DNA from: Chiloscyllium plagiosum
Lineage: Eukaryota
Direction: 5' to 3'
DNA: 33,549 nt
Assembly: GCF_004010195.1 (NCBI RefSeq)
Contig: NW_025215007.1
Coordinates: 1-33,549, forward strand
Both the position numbers and the translations under genes were made by a program. This document shows, in pieces, positions 1 to 10,319 of this stretch (positions are counted from its first letter, which is position 1; each line of letters opens with the position of its first letter). The notes under the pieces are model-generated. The model made no database searches and had not been told where the DNA came from. It saw nothing but the letters and a program-made list of their open reading frames with translations.

Positions 1-767
1 AAAGGACCAGTATTGCACTGTAAGGTTCTATGTTCTATGAGTCAAAGTCGTTGCAATAGCTGAGCGTTTCCATAAAGGGCCAATCATGCGTTGTAATGTG
101 CGATGTTCTTCGAGTCTAATGGCCATAAATATCCGAGTGGTTCCATAAAGGGCTTCTCATGCGGTGTAATCTTCAATATTGAATGAGTTTGTCTTTCTTT
201 ATTAGCCGAGCGTTTTCAGAAAGGACGTGTACTGTGCTGTAATGTTCTATGTTCTATGAGTCTATCTTCCTGTGTAAGCCGCGCAGTTCCATAAAGGGCA
301 CGTACTTCGCTTTAATATTCTATGTTCTATGAGTGCACCATTCTTTATTAGCTGAACGGTTCCATAAAGAGGCATGCTGCACTGTCACATTGGATGTTGT
401 ATTAGTCGAACATACTTTACCAGCCGAGCGGTCCCATAAAGGGCCTGTATTGCGCTGTCATATTCTATGTTCTCTGAGTCTAACTTCTATATTAACCAAG
501 CAGTTCGATAAAGGACCTGTACTACGCTGTGATGGTCTATCTTATATTAGTCTAACTTCCTTTGTGAGCTGAGAGGTTGCATAAAGGGCCTGTACTGTGT
601 TGTAATGTTCTATGTTGCATTAGTCTAACTTCCTGTATTAGCCGATGGGTTCCATATAGGGCCTGTACTACACTGTAATGATCTACGTTCTCTGAGTCTA
701 ACTTCCTTTATTAGGCGACGGGTTCCATAAAAGTTCTGTAGTGCGTTGTAATGTTCTATGTTCTATG
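1..767 (+). repeat. ~73-bp tandem satellite (left block, runs off window start)
   Basis: CATAAAGGG-like motif recurs at 71, 144, 217, 290, 363, 435, 507, 580, 653, 726 (period 72-73). Approximate consensus GAGCGGTTCCATAAAGGGCCTGTACTGCGCTGTAATGTTCTATGTTCTATGAGTCTAACTTCCTGTATTAGCC. Confidence 0.95.
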
Positions 768-1697
768 GGGACCAGGCATGTGGATGAGGGTAGAGCAGTG
801 GATGTAGTATACATGGATTTTAGTAAGGCATTTGATAAGGTTCGCCATGGTCTGCTTATACGGAAAGTCAGGAGGCATGGGATAGAGGGGAATTTGGCCA
901 ATTGGATAGAAAACTGGCTAACCGGTCGAAGTCAGAGAGTGGTGGTAGATGGTAAATATTCAGCCTGGTGCCCAGTTACAAGTGGAGTTCCGCAGGGATG
1001 AGTTCTGGGTCCTCTGCTGTTTGTAATTTTTATTAATGACTTGGATGAGGGAGTCAAAGGGTGGGTCAGTAAATTTGCAGATGATGCGAAGATTGGTGGA
1101 GTTGTGGATAGTGAGGAGGGCTGCAAAGGGACTTAGATATGATGCAGAGCTGGGCTGAAGAGTGGCAGATGGAGTTCAACCCTGCCAAGTGAGGTTGTCC
1201 ATTTTGGAAAGACAAATAAGAATGCGGAATACAAGGTTAACGGTAGGGTTCTTAGTAGATTTACCAGGAATTTGCCTGGAATGGAGAATAGGTCGTACAA
1301 GGATAGTTTGAAAGTGCTAGGCCTTTTCTCGTTGGAACGGCGAAGGATGAGGGGTGACTTGATAGAGGTTTATAAGATGATCAGAGGAATAGATAGAGTA
1401 GACAGTCAGAAACTTTTTCCCCGGGTACAACAGAGTGTTACAAGGGGATATACATTTAAGATGAAGGGTGGAAGGTATAGGGAAGATGTCAAGGGTGTGT
1501 TCTTTACCCAGAGAGTGGTGGGGGCATGGAATGCGCTGCCTGTGGGAGTGGTAGAGTCAGAACCTTTGGAGACCTTTTAGAGGCAATTGGATAGGTACAT
1601 GGATGGGTGCTTAAGCTAGGACAAATGTTCGGCACAACATCATGGGCCGAAGGGCCTGTTCTGTGCTGTGTTGTTCTATTTTCTATGTTCTATGTTC
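768..1697 (+). mobile_element. CR1-clade LINE, 5'-truncated, internally deleted (RT to 3' tail)
   Basis: VDVVYMDFSKAFDKV, SGVPQG, KFADD and LFSLERRRMRGDLIEVYK motifs. Stop at 999-1001 and a deletion near 1257. Ends in GGGCCGAAGGGCCTGT...(GTTCTAT)n. Confidence 0.95.
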
Positions 1698-2203
1698 TGT
1701 GTTGTCTTTGTCTGACTTCCTTTATTGTGCAACTGTTTCCGTAAAGGGCCTGTACTGCTCTGAAATATTCTATGATCTACGATTCTAACTTCCTGTATTA
1801 GCTGAGCGGGACTGTACTACACTGTATTGATCTATGTTCCTTGAGTCTAACTTCCTTTGTTGGGCGATTGGTTTCATAAAGGGCCTGTACTGCACTGTAA
1901 TGTTCTATGTTGTAGTAGTCTAACTTCCTTTTTCAACCGAACAGGTCCATGCAGAGCATGTTCTGCACTGTGATGGTCTATGAGACAAACTTCATTTTTT
2001 AGCAAAGCGGTTCCCGAAAGGGCCTGTTCTGCGTTGTAATGTTCTATTTTGTATTCGTCTAATATCCGTTATAAGCCGAGCGGTTTCATAACCGGCCTGT
2101 ACTGCACTGTAATGTTCTATGCTGTATTATTCTAATATCCGCTTTTGGCCGAGCGGTTCCATAAAATACTTCTGCTGCACTGTAATGGTCTATGTTGTAT
2201 TAG

Positions 2204-2360
2204 GAGAAAGTGAGGTCTGCAGATGCTGGAGATCAGAGATGGAAATGTGTTGCTGGAAAAGCGCAGCAGGTCAGGCAGCATCTAGGGAACAGGAGAATCG
2301 ACGTTTCAGGCATTAGCCCTTCTTCAGGAATGGTTGCGCTTTTCCAGCAACACATTTCCA
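2204..2360. mobile_element. Non-autonomous Penelope-derived mini-element with partial inverted arm
   Basis: Flanked by direct repeat TCTATGTTGTATTAG (2189-2203 and 2361-2375). Inverted repeat ~2238-2268 versus 2333-2363. Reverse complement matches the terminal region of the GIY-YIG element at 10215-10290. Confidence 0.85.
2296..2331 (-). ncRNA. Minimal type I hammerhead ribozyme-like motif
   Basis: Minus strand AUUC-CUGAAGA-A-GGGC-UAAU-GCCU-GAAACGUC-GAUU: CUGANGA and GAAA core boxes, helix II, GUC triplet. Confidence 0.6.
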
Positions 2361-2413
2361 TCTATGTTGTATTAGTCTAATATCCGTTATTACCCGAGCG
2401 GTTCAATAAAGTG

Positions 2414-2601
2414 GGAAAGATAATGGCCAAGAGCCACTCAATTTCTCTTCGAGTTCTCTTGGTACGAGGTGAAGGTCGTGGGAATGGGGAGAGTACGTGT
2501 GGTAAAAGCAGAGCGACATCCCCGAGATAGCAACTCCCAGTGCAGGAGAGTGGGAGCCAGCTCAAAGCCTTCTGGCTGCAAGTGAAAGAGGTGCCATTAT
2601 C
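2414..2601 (-). pseudogene. env: ERV env: SU C-terminus, furin site and start of TM fusion peptide
   Basis: DNGTSFTCSQKALSWLPLSCTGSCYLG resembles the NGTYFxCGxxAYxWLPxxWxGxCYLG class I env motif. It is followed by RTKRTRR (furin-like, ~2446-2466) and hydrophobic EIEWLLAIIFP. SU probably extends to ~2870. Confidence 0.85.
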
Positions 2602-2934
2602 CGTTCGTCAGTATATCGATTGAATTCCAGTCCAAAGGGTTTCGAACGTGGCACTAGTCGTCGGATAAGAATACTCCCAGAGGAAATTGATCAGTATCCG
2701 GATGGGGCGAGGAGCAGGGAATAGCTGGATTTCCTGTTTCCAGCATTCACCCTGACCTCCAGCTGCATTTAAAGCATATGATCCCCATGTGAGTACCTTC
2801 ACCTGTGGCATTAGTGTGAAAGGTCGAAGTGAGGTTATTGTAACCTTCGGCCTCCCAGATGAACCTTCCATGGCGTACCTGTAATGTAAACTTTGAAAGG
2901 TTTTGGATAACTTATGCAGATATTTTCACACCAT

Positions 2935-3330
2935 TTAAACCACTGTTGGAGCAGGATTGTCAGCCGTTAGGATGATTTCAATCAACTTCCAAAATACATC
3001 TCCTCTCAGCAGATAATTCTGATAAAAATGTACTCGAAATAATTCTATAAAGCAAGTTGCAGACAAGTAGAAGGGCCCACCAGGCAAGTGGGTGTTTCCA
3101 GACTGCAGGGACATTACTTTTACACATCCTTCTTTTTACAAATCTTTTCTGAGCTGCTTTCTGGAAAATCGGGTGCCACCAGGTTTGTAATAAAGTGTTA
3201 CCCATTTACTCCTTACCCAAGCGTCTCCAACTATGTCCAGAAACAACGAGGTTCGGAGCAAAGACGGATCCCAAACATGTCCCACAGGGATCATCCACAG
3301 CCTGGTTTGAGCATCGAGGGAGCACCCCAT
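2935..3330 (-). pseudogene. pol: ERV integrase N-terminal Zn domain and start of catalytic core
   Basis: GCSLDAQTRLW linker; HSWRRLGKE*MGNTLLQTWWHP...RMC (decayed HHCC); PGGPF...FIELFRVHFYQNYLLRGDVFWKLIE...ADNPAPTV (resembles DFIELP...VDVFSRWIEAYPT). Confidence 0.85.
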
Positions 3331-3544
3331 TTGAGTCCATTGTTTTTGCTGTTCAGCAGGGTGTCTCCCTCTGTGATATCTGTATCTTCCCCAGGTCTAG
3401 GATACCCAGCCTTATAGTGCCCATTGTTTGTGCTGTTCAGCAAGGTCTCCCCTCTGTCATTTCTGTATTTTACCCAGTTCTGGCATACCCTCCCTTACAT
3501 TGTGTCCAACCGGGTTTTACTGGGAACCCAATGGGGCCAGAAGT

Positions 3545-3785
3545 TTGCACGTACCCACTCATTTCCTTTGGAGACTGTATTAGTTGCCTCAGCGTGAATC
3601 GAATATTTGATAACTGCCAAACTGGTTGGACAAAAGCAGCATTCCTAATAAGCTGTTCTGTGGAAGTTATTTGTGGAAGTTCAATCCTCTGTGTTCCAAA
3701 TAGGCTCCGAAATTCTGGGCCTTGCCAAAGGCACAACAAGAGTCGGTATATATTTGCAGATTCTCCTTTTGCTAGAATGCAAGGT
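3545..3785 (-). pseudogene. pol: ERV RNase H domain
   Basis: CILAKGESANI/YTDSCCAFGKAQNFG...RG, ITSTEQLIRNAAFVQ and LAVIKYSIHAEATNTVSKGNEW across frameshifts (IYTDS and GN motifs). Confidence 0.85.
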
Positions 3786-3794
3786 AACGATAAG

Positions 3795-4700
3795 GGAATT
3801 TCGCTCCCTAATGCCCATATCTCCGACAGTTAAACCAACGGGCTGCCATTCGTCCCTGGAGGAGTTGGCTGACTTGTTCCCAGTCCCAAAGGTTGAATAC
3901 TGGGGCCAGCCTGTCGCTGTTTCCAGGGTCCCCTCAGGAATGGGTTGCTGAGCAGTGGTCGCTGGGCAGGCATCTGAGGGAGATGCCACGCCCAGTGGGT
4001 ATGCTGGTCTCAGTCAATGCAGTCGGGGTTGGCATACGGGGTATAGGGCTCGCGAGGTCATGTACATATTCGGGTGTTTTTATTCCTTAAACTTGGATTG
4101 TGGTTCGGTCTCGTTCTGGCCATCACTGCGGACGACCACCATTCACCTCATTAGTGACCGGGATTTCTTGGACCAGGTCATATTGTTAGTCTGGATCATG
4201 CCAGCGACAGCAGAAGGAATACGTTGCAAAAGCATATCATTAAACAAAGGTGAGTCAGCTTCCAGATTAAAGGCTTGATCACCTATAAATGTACTGTAAC
4301 AGGTCACAAACCATTCCTAGTAATCACCTCCTGACTTCCAGTATTTGGGATTGCACTCCAGTCCATCACCAACGTTTACAGGTATTTGTAAGGCTTGTTC
4401 TAACGACTGGATTGAGGTGTCTATCTGGGCATCATTGTTGGGGAATCTCTCCTTCGTGTCCCCGTAACTGTGGACAGGCCCTGCACCACTCTTGCCCATC
4501 TATCCTTGCCACTTGCTAACCTCTGCAGTGGACAAGATCAATCAACAAAAAGCAAACATGTCCTGAGGAGTGGCATTGTCCAACTGTATTGTCCTCTGGA
4601 CATTTTCAGCAAATGCGACCAGTTTCTCCTTGTGTTCAGGAGCTTGGTTCATTAACCTTACTCCGTTTCCCGGTACAGCCCCTTAGTGAGGATGGTGCAG
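3795..4700 (-). pseudogene. gag: ERV gag (capsid, MHR-like region, single decayed zinc knuckle)
   Basis: One frame with scattered stops: APEHKEKLVAFAENVQRTIQLDNATPQDMFAFC*LILSTAEVSKW ... VNVGDGLECNPKYWKSGGDY*EWFVTCY ... SPLFNDMLL. At ~3797-3840, in another frame, WFNCRRYGH*GAKFP (decayed CX2CX4HX4C). Confidence 0.78.
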
Positions 4701-5769
4701 GCCGCTAATCCCCATGATGTTGGTTATGAAACTGGTGACCGATGCCAGACCATCCAACTTTAGAGTAAGGGGAAAGTTTAGAATTGGGTGTTGTGCTGGG
4801 GACTATCAAGCGATGTTAGGGGCTCAGTGGAATAAAATCCCCATTCCTCATCCCTATTGGTGTGAACCCTATCCTTAAATAGTGTCAGTAACTCAGAGAT
4901 TGGTTCTTTTAAATAAACGCCTCCACTTTCCATCAGATTGCCTCTTTCTATTACCAATTGAATGGACAACGTTCAATTTATTTTAAGGGATGGTCCAGCT
5001 GAACATTAACCAATGCAGCCATGCTTCAAATTAACCATGAGGCACTAGCACAGATCACCGACAATATATAAAGGTATAAAAACTATTAATTCTAATATTG
5101 TAATGCAGGACTAATAGAAATGGATTAAAAATATTGACTAATATAACTATATTCTCTAATTGAGAGATGGAAACTGAGCAAGTGGCTGAGATATTTCACT
5201 CTTAATTAAGAAGAACAGAAAGATTTTCATATCACAAAAATGATTCAGATCTGCTCAGGGTTGTATACATTAATTTGGATCATGCGTGTTCTATTCTGTG
5301 CATTTTCCATTCTGCTATTCAATTACAATTTTCTTCCTATTGAGTATGAGTTTTGTTAAGTATCTTCAATATAAACTGGAAATTCATTTCTTCAAAATCT
5401 AATTATATAATACAACACGTGCGCAGTTTCCATCTCTGAAGTCCATTATAATTACCTGTTTCGAGTCTCTCAATTTAAATTGTAAGCTTGTTCTTTAGGC
5501 AGTTCTGATCAAGCATTGCTCATTCCGACTGTTATCAGCTGCAAAATGACTGCAGCTGCTTGTCTACGCACAATATTTTTTGAGAATGTGCTGAGGATCG
5601 TAGTAACAGAATGCTACTTATGCACAAATAATGATTAATCTAAAGACACAGATATAAACAATAGCAAATTAGTTACAAATTAATGTTGAGCTGAAACTTC
5701 AGTTCTCAATGAGGAAGGGATATTGAACTGGAAGAAAGCTACGACTGGCATTCCGTACTTACATACGGA

Positions 5770-6130
5770 AGGTTTTTTGAGAATAAGTATTTTCAGACAG
5801 TGGGTGGTGCGGGTCTGGAATGTTTGACGGGAGGGTAGTGAGCGTAGGGTTCAGATACACCATACATTGAAAGTGGTGTCACAGGTAGCCAGGGTGGTGA
5901 AGGCAGTGTTTGGCACGTTTGACTTCATTGATCAGAACACTGAGCGTAGGAGTTGGGATGTCTTGTTGGTAATACCACTTTTAAAACACTGTACAAAGTT
6001 CGGGACGTACTGATTTAGGAAGGAAATTATTAAGGTAGAAGGGATTCCGAAAAGATTTACGAGGAGGTTACCAGGACTGGATGGTTTGAGTTACAAGGAG
6101 AGATTGGACATGCTGGGACTTTTTCCCTGG
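5770..6130 (+). mobile_element. Old CR1 LINE 3' fragments
   Basis: TTGAAAGTGGTGTCACAGGTAG...GGAGTTGGGATGTC...GAAAAGATTTACGAGGAGGTTACCAGGACTGG resembles the CR1 copy at 20360-20650. Confidence 0.8.
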
Positions 6131-6980
6131 GTGATGCGGTGCCAATCATGTGGGTTGGTTTGTCCTGGATTGTGTCAAGCTTCTTGAGTGTTGTTGGAGA
6201 TTCACCCATCCAAGCAAGTGGGGAGTATTCCATTCTACTCCTGACTTGTGCCTTGGCGATGGTGGATAGAAGTTGGGATGTCCTAAGATGATTTACTTAA
6301 AACAGTATCCCTAGTCTCGGACCTGCTCTTGTGCCACTGTCTTTATGTGGAGATTCTAGTTGAGTTTTGGTCAATGGTAACCCCGAAGATGTTGACAGTG
6401 GAGGATCCCGTGATGGTAATAAAGAGAATGTTAAGGGCCTTGGTGAGAGTGTCTCTTATTGGTGATGGTCATTGCCTGGCATTTGTGGAGCGTGAAGGTT
6501 ACTTGCCACTTGTCGACACCAGCCTGGATATTGTAATGGTCTTCTTGCATTTGGGCATAGACTGCTTCAGTGTCTGAGGAGTTGCGAATGGTGCTGAACA
6601 CTGTGCAATCATCGGCGAACATTCCTACTTCTGACCTTATGTCAGAGGGAAGGTCATTGATGAAGCAGCTGAAGATTGTTGGGTCTCATGAGGATGACTC
6701 AAATCAGCAGAGAGTTTGCCATCTGATACCCATTGATTACAGTTTTGCCAGGACTCCTTGATGCCATAACTGGCCAAATGCAGTCTTGATGTCAAGCGCT
6801 GTCACTCTCACCTCACCTCTGGAGGTCTGCTCTTTTGTTCATGTTTGTACCAAAGCTGTAATGAGATCAGGAGCTGAGTGACACTGGCGAAACCCAAACT
6901 GGGCGTCACCTCGGAGTTTATTACTGAGCAGGTACTGCTTGTTATCACTGTTGCTGATCCCTTCCATCACTTTACTGATG
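6131..6980 (-). mobile_element. Non-LTR retrotransposon RT fragment (CR1/L2 superclade, a family distinct from the main CR1)
   Basis: FADDCTVFSTIR...DKWQVTFTLHKCQAMTI (6431-6622). Upstream ALDIKTAFGQLWHQG-like RT motif on the minus strand at ~6760-6800. Confidence 0.85.
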
Positions 6981-7029
6981 GAACTATCATCAACAGTAGG
7001 AAACCTGATGGAAATCACAATACAAGTTA

Positions 7030-7600
7030 GTTAAACATATACTTTGAGAAAAATAAGTTATTACAAGTCAGTCATCATGGCTTTGATATTGGTAGGTCGT
7101 GTTTCACAATTTTGATTGAGTTCTTTGCTGAGGTGGGAAATGGGCAGGGGATGTGGGTTGTGCTGTAGATGTTATATTTTCGACAATAAAGGCTGATGTA
7201 AAATAACTGTGTAACTGCCATTTTCCATCACTGCCTCGATAGATTGGGAAGGAGGTTTGACGAGTTAGAGAGGAGGTTTTACTTAGTGGGACAATCTAGA
7301 ACAAGAAGATAGAGTTTTGGATAAGTGGGTGGCAGATTTAAAAGAGAGATGAGGAAGAATTACTTCCCAAAATATCATGAAGCAGTGGAATTCACTCCCC
7401 CAGTGTGCAGAGGATGTCAGGACACGAAATACATTTAAGGAGGACATGTGAAGAATATTAATGGGTAATGGGTTGGAGAGTGACAGAGATCGGGTCAGGA
7501 CAGTGGAGTTGCGAATGAGATCAGCCAGGGCCATATTGAATAGCAGACCAGGCTCGAGGGGCTGAATGTACTCCTTCGATCCTTAATGCTTATGATCTCG
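7030..7600 (+). mobile_element. Old CR1 fragments (RT piece ~7030-7180; 3' end ~7285-7600)
   Basis: HGF..GRSCFTILIEFFAEV remnant. The 3' portion has GTGGAATTCACTCCCCCAG...GGCTCGAGGGGCTGAATG, typical of CR1 3' ends. Confidence 0.7.
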
Positions 7601-7639
7601 TGGTGACTTCAAAGAAACATTAGATAACACCGCTTCCTC

Positions 7640-7697
7640 TCTCAACAGATGCTGCCAGACCTGCTGTATTCCTCGAGCATTATCTGTTTCTGTTTTG
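7640..7697 (+). mobile_element. Penelope-type terminal repeat fragment
   Basis: ACAGATGCTGCCAGACCTGCTG...GCATT is similar to GATGCTGCCTGACCTGCTG of the other Penelope-derived termini in the window. Confidence 0.55.
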
Positions 7698-7771
7698 TAT
7701 TAATTTGAGGTGCTATATTTGTTTGTGATATTGAAGTGAGAAGTGAGTTTAATTTCTTTTGCAAGTGATTG

Positions 7772-8760
7772 TCCCATTTGCCAGGATTTACCCTTCCTAT
7801 TCATAAACACATCCCAATGCCTTTTCAGTGTTGTCATTGAACGAGACTCCTCTGGCAGCTCATTCCATATGCGCACCACTCTCTGCATGAAAATGACACC
7901 CTTTTGATCATTTCGACATCGTTCCTCCCTTACCTTAAAGCTATGCTCTCTAGTTTTGGACTCCTGTACCTTGAGAAAAAACATATTGCCTGTTTACCCG
8001 TCATCCCTCATGATATTATAAACCTTCATTTGGTCACTCCTCAGACTCTTACAAATAACCTCAACCTATTCAGCCTCTTCCTCAAGCTCAAATCATCCAA
8101 ACCCTCAACATCTTTGTCAATCTTTTCTGATACCCAAGTATCACAACATCTTTCTTGTAGCAGGGAGGGCAGAACTGAATGCAGTATTTAAAAGTGGCCA
8201 AACCAGTGACCTTTACAGCCACAACACGACATCTCAACAACTATACTCAATGCACTGACTAATAAAGGCAAGTGTATTAATCGCCTTCTTAATGGCCCTG
8301 TCTATTGGCAACTCCACTTCCAGGGAACTATGAACCTGCACTCCAAGGTGCCTTTGTTCAGCAATCACATCTTACCATTAAATGTGTAAGTCCTGCCCTG
8401 ATTTGCCTTACCAAAATCCAGCAACTCCAATTTATCTAAATTAAACTCTATCTGCCACTCCTCAGCCCATTGGTTCATCTGATCAAGGTCCTGTTGTATT
8501 CTGAGGTAACCATCTTCATTCTCCACATCATCACAAGTTGTAGTGTCATCTGCAAACCTACTAAACATATCTCCTATTATCACATCTAAGTCTTTATATA
8601 AATGATGGACATAAGTAGACTCAGCCCCAATCCTTGCAACTCACCCTTGGTCACAGGCCACCAGTTCGAAAAGCAATCATTAACCACCACCTTCTGCCTA
8701 CTAATTTCAAGCCAATTTTGTATTGAAATGGCTAGCTTTCCCTGGATTCCATGTGACTAA
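7772..8760 (-). mobile_element. CR1 LINE, truncated and decayed
   Basis: SRFADDTTT...QQDLDQMNQWAEEWQIEFNLDK (8365-8583) and ESKTREHSFKVR...QRVVRIWNELPEE (7700-7984). Confidence 0.9.
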
Positions 8761-9061
8761 CTTCTGAACTGTGATAATAAGATTTCTGAACAGTTCACTG
8801 GATAAAGAATGTAAATTGTAAAAATCATACATGATTTTGTTTAATGTGATTCACGATAATAGGAACTATGGATAAAATCTGAATGCTTCTATTTTAAATG
8901 TTGAGAATTTATGAAACATTACCATCCTTCGGGAATGAGATGGCCCTTATAACACAATCATAAAGTTAATGTAATGGTGCAGCCAACATGGCGGACAAAT
9001 TATATGATCCCAGTTATTGCCAGGCGATTGGAGTAAGACAGTGACGAAGACTTACAGGTGC

Positions 9062-9100
9062 CCGCGCACGCGCGCACACACGCACGCACACACACACACA
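9062..9100. repeat. (CG/CA)n microsatellite
   Basis: CCGCGCACGCGCGCACACACGCACGCACACACACACACA. Confidence 0.85.
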
Positions 9101-9659
9101 CTGACCAAAGGCCAGAGATGTTGGCTAATCTTGATGTTCATTGTTTCCTGGTGTTGAGGCACAACGTCGAAATATATCAATAACAATGAAAAGGGAAGCT
9201 GAGAACTATTAGCAGGATGGTGTTGAATGTCAGGAATGTTGGGGTAGATGGATGGATGACAGATGAAGTCCAATGTGGAGAATTGTGAGGTGATAGATTT
9301 CGAGCAGAAGAAGAGACAATTGACAATACGGCTCCAAATTACAGAGGGGTTAACAGGAGCAGATTGAACATGGACTTATGGAATCTATGTTGGCAGAACA
9401 GGCTGAGAGAACATCTCATAAAGAACACTGTTTCCGTGTCCTTGTTCACAGTGACTGAGACTGTGAGAGCATTGAGGCGTTGTAGCGCTTTTCGAGCATT
9501 GATTCCTCTTCTGGAAACCACACGATCAGAAGGATTGTGGAGACAATCGAGACAAGGTCAAACAGGTTCACAATAACGTTCCCGGGATGAGCATGCTCAA
9601 TCTGCATCATCGCTTGGAGGAGTTGGAGCTGGTATCCTGAGGAAGAGTTGGCTGAGGAA

Positions 9660-10304
9660 TTGCAAACCACACACTCACACCTCCACCCACATCTCCGTCC
9701 ACGGCCCCAAAGGAGCTTTCCACATCCATCAAAGTTTCACCTTCATTACACAAATGTCATTTATTATATCCTTTGCTCCCGATGTGATCTCCTGTATATT
9801 GAGGAGACTGGATATCTTCTCTCCGAGCTCTTTATGGAACATCTATGGGGCAACCGCACAAATCAACCCCACCGCCCCGTGGCCAAACATTTCAACTCCC
9901 CCTCTCATGAAGATCCTGGGCCTCCTCCATCGCCACTCCCTTACCACCCAATTCCTGGAGAAAGAACCCCTCATCTTCCAGCTCGGGACCCTTCAAACCC
10001 TGGGCATCAATGTGGATTTCACCAGCCTCCACATTTCCCCTCCGCCACATTACACCAGTTCCAAACTTCCATCTCAGCACCATCCTCATGACCTATCCTG
10101 CCAATCTTCCTTCCCACCCATCCGCTCCACCATCCTCCCCAACCTATTCCCTTCATACCCACCCACATTCACCTATTGCACTCTAAGCTACCTTCTCCCA
10201 CGCCCCAACCCCTCCTGATGAAGGCCTTTTGTCCGAAACGTCGATTTTCCTACTCCATGGATGGTGTCTGAGCTGCTGTGCTTTTCCAGCACCACTCTAA
10301 TCTT
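9660..10304 (+). mobile_element. Penelope-like element 3' part: GIY-YIG endonuclease remnant plus terminal repeat
   Basis: NVIYYILCSRCDLLYIEETG...EHL...PVAKHFNSPSH, then (frameshift) ILGLLH...LIFQLGTLQTLGINVDF. A pyrimidine-rich 3' region follows, then CTGATGA...GAAACGTCG...CTTTTCCAGC. Confidence 0.9.
10211..10246 (+). ncRNA. Minimal hammerhead ribozyme-like motif in the Penelope terminal repeat (helix II mismatched)
   Basis: CUGAUGA at 10215-10221, A-GGCC-UUUU-GUCC, GAAACGUC at 10235-10242. Confidence 0.55.
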
Positions 10305-10319
10305 GATGATAACCCCAGT

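Larger units (their letters stand above)
1698..2413 (+). repeat. ~73-bp tandem satellite (right block)
   Basis: Same unit resumes after the CR1 tail (e.g. AAAGGGCCTGTACTG near 1743 and 1878). It ends abruptly at CGGTTCAATAAAG (2413), where retroviral env sequence begins. Confidence 0.9.
2414..4780 (-). mobile_element. Endogenous retrovirus, class I (gamma/epsilon-like), decayed with large internal deletions; no LTR recognised
   Basis: Manual minus-strand translation gives gag, RNase H, integrase and env motifs in retroviral order (see sub-features). The 5' boundary is uncertain and may extend to ~4970. Confidence 0.88.

Noticed and set aside
1..2413. Regularly spaced repeat resembling a CRISPR array
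   Set aside because: The whole 73-bp unit repeats with no unique spacers, there are no cas genes, and the context is eukaryotic.
3195..3833. 212-aa plus-strand ORF
   Set aside because: It is antisense to ERV RNase H and integrase and has no recognisable motifs; treated as a shadow frame.
4778..5100. Possible ERV matrix region, PBS or 5' LTR
   Set aside because: No convincing MA motif, tRNA primer site or paired LTR could be identified.
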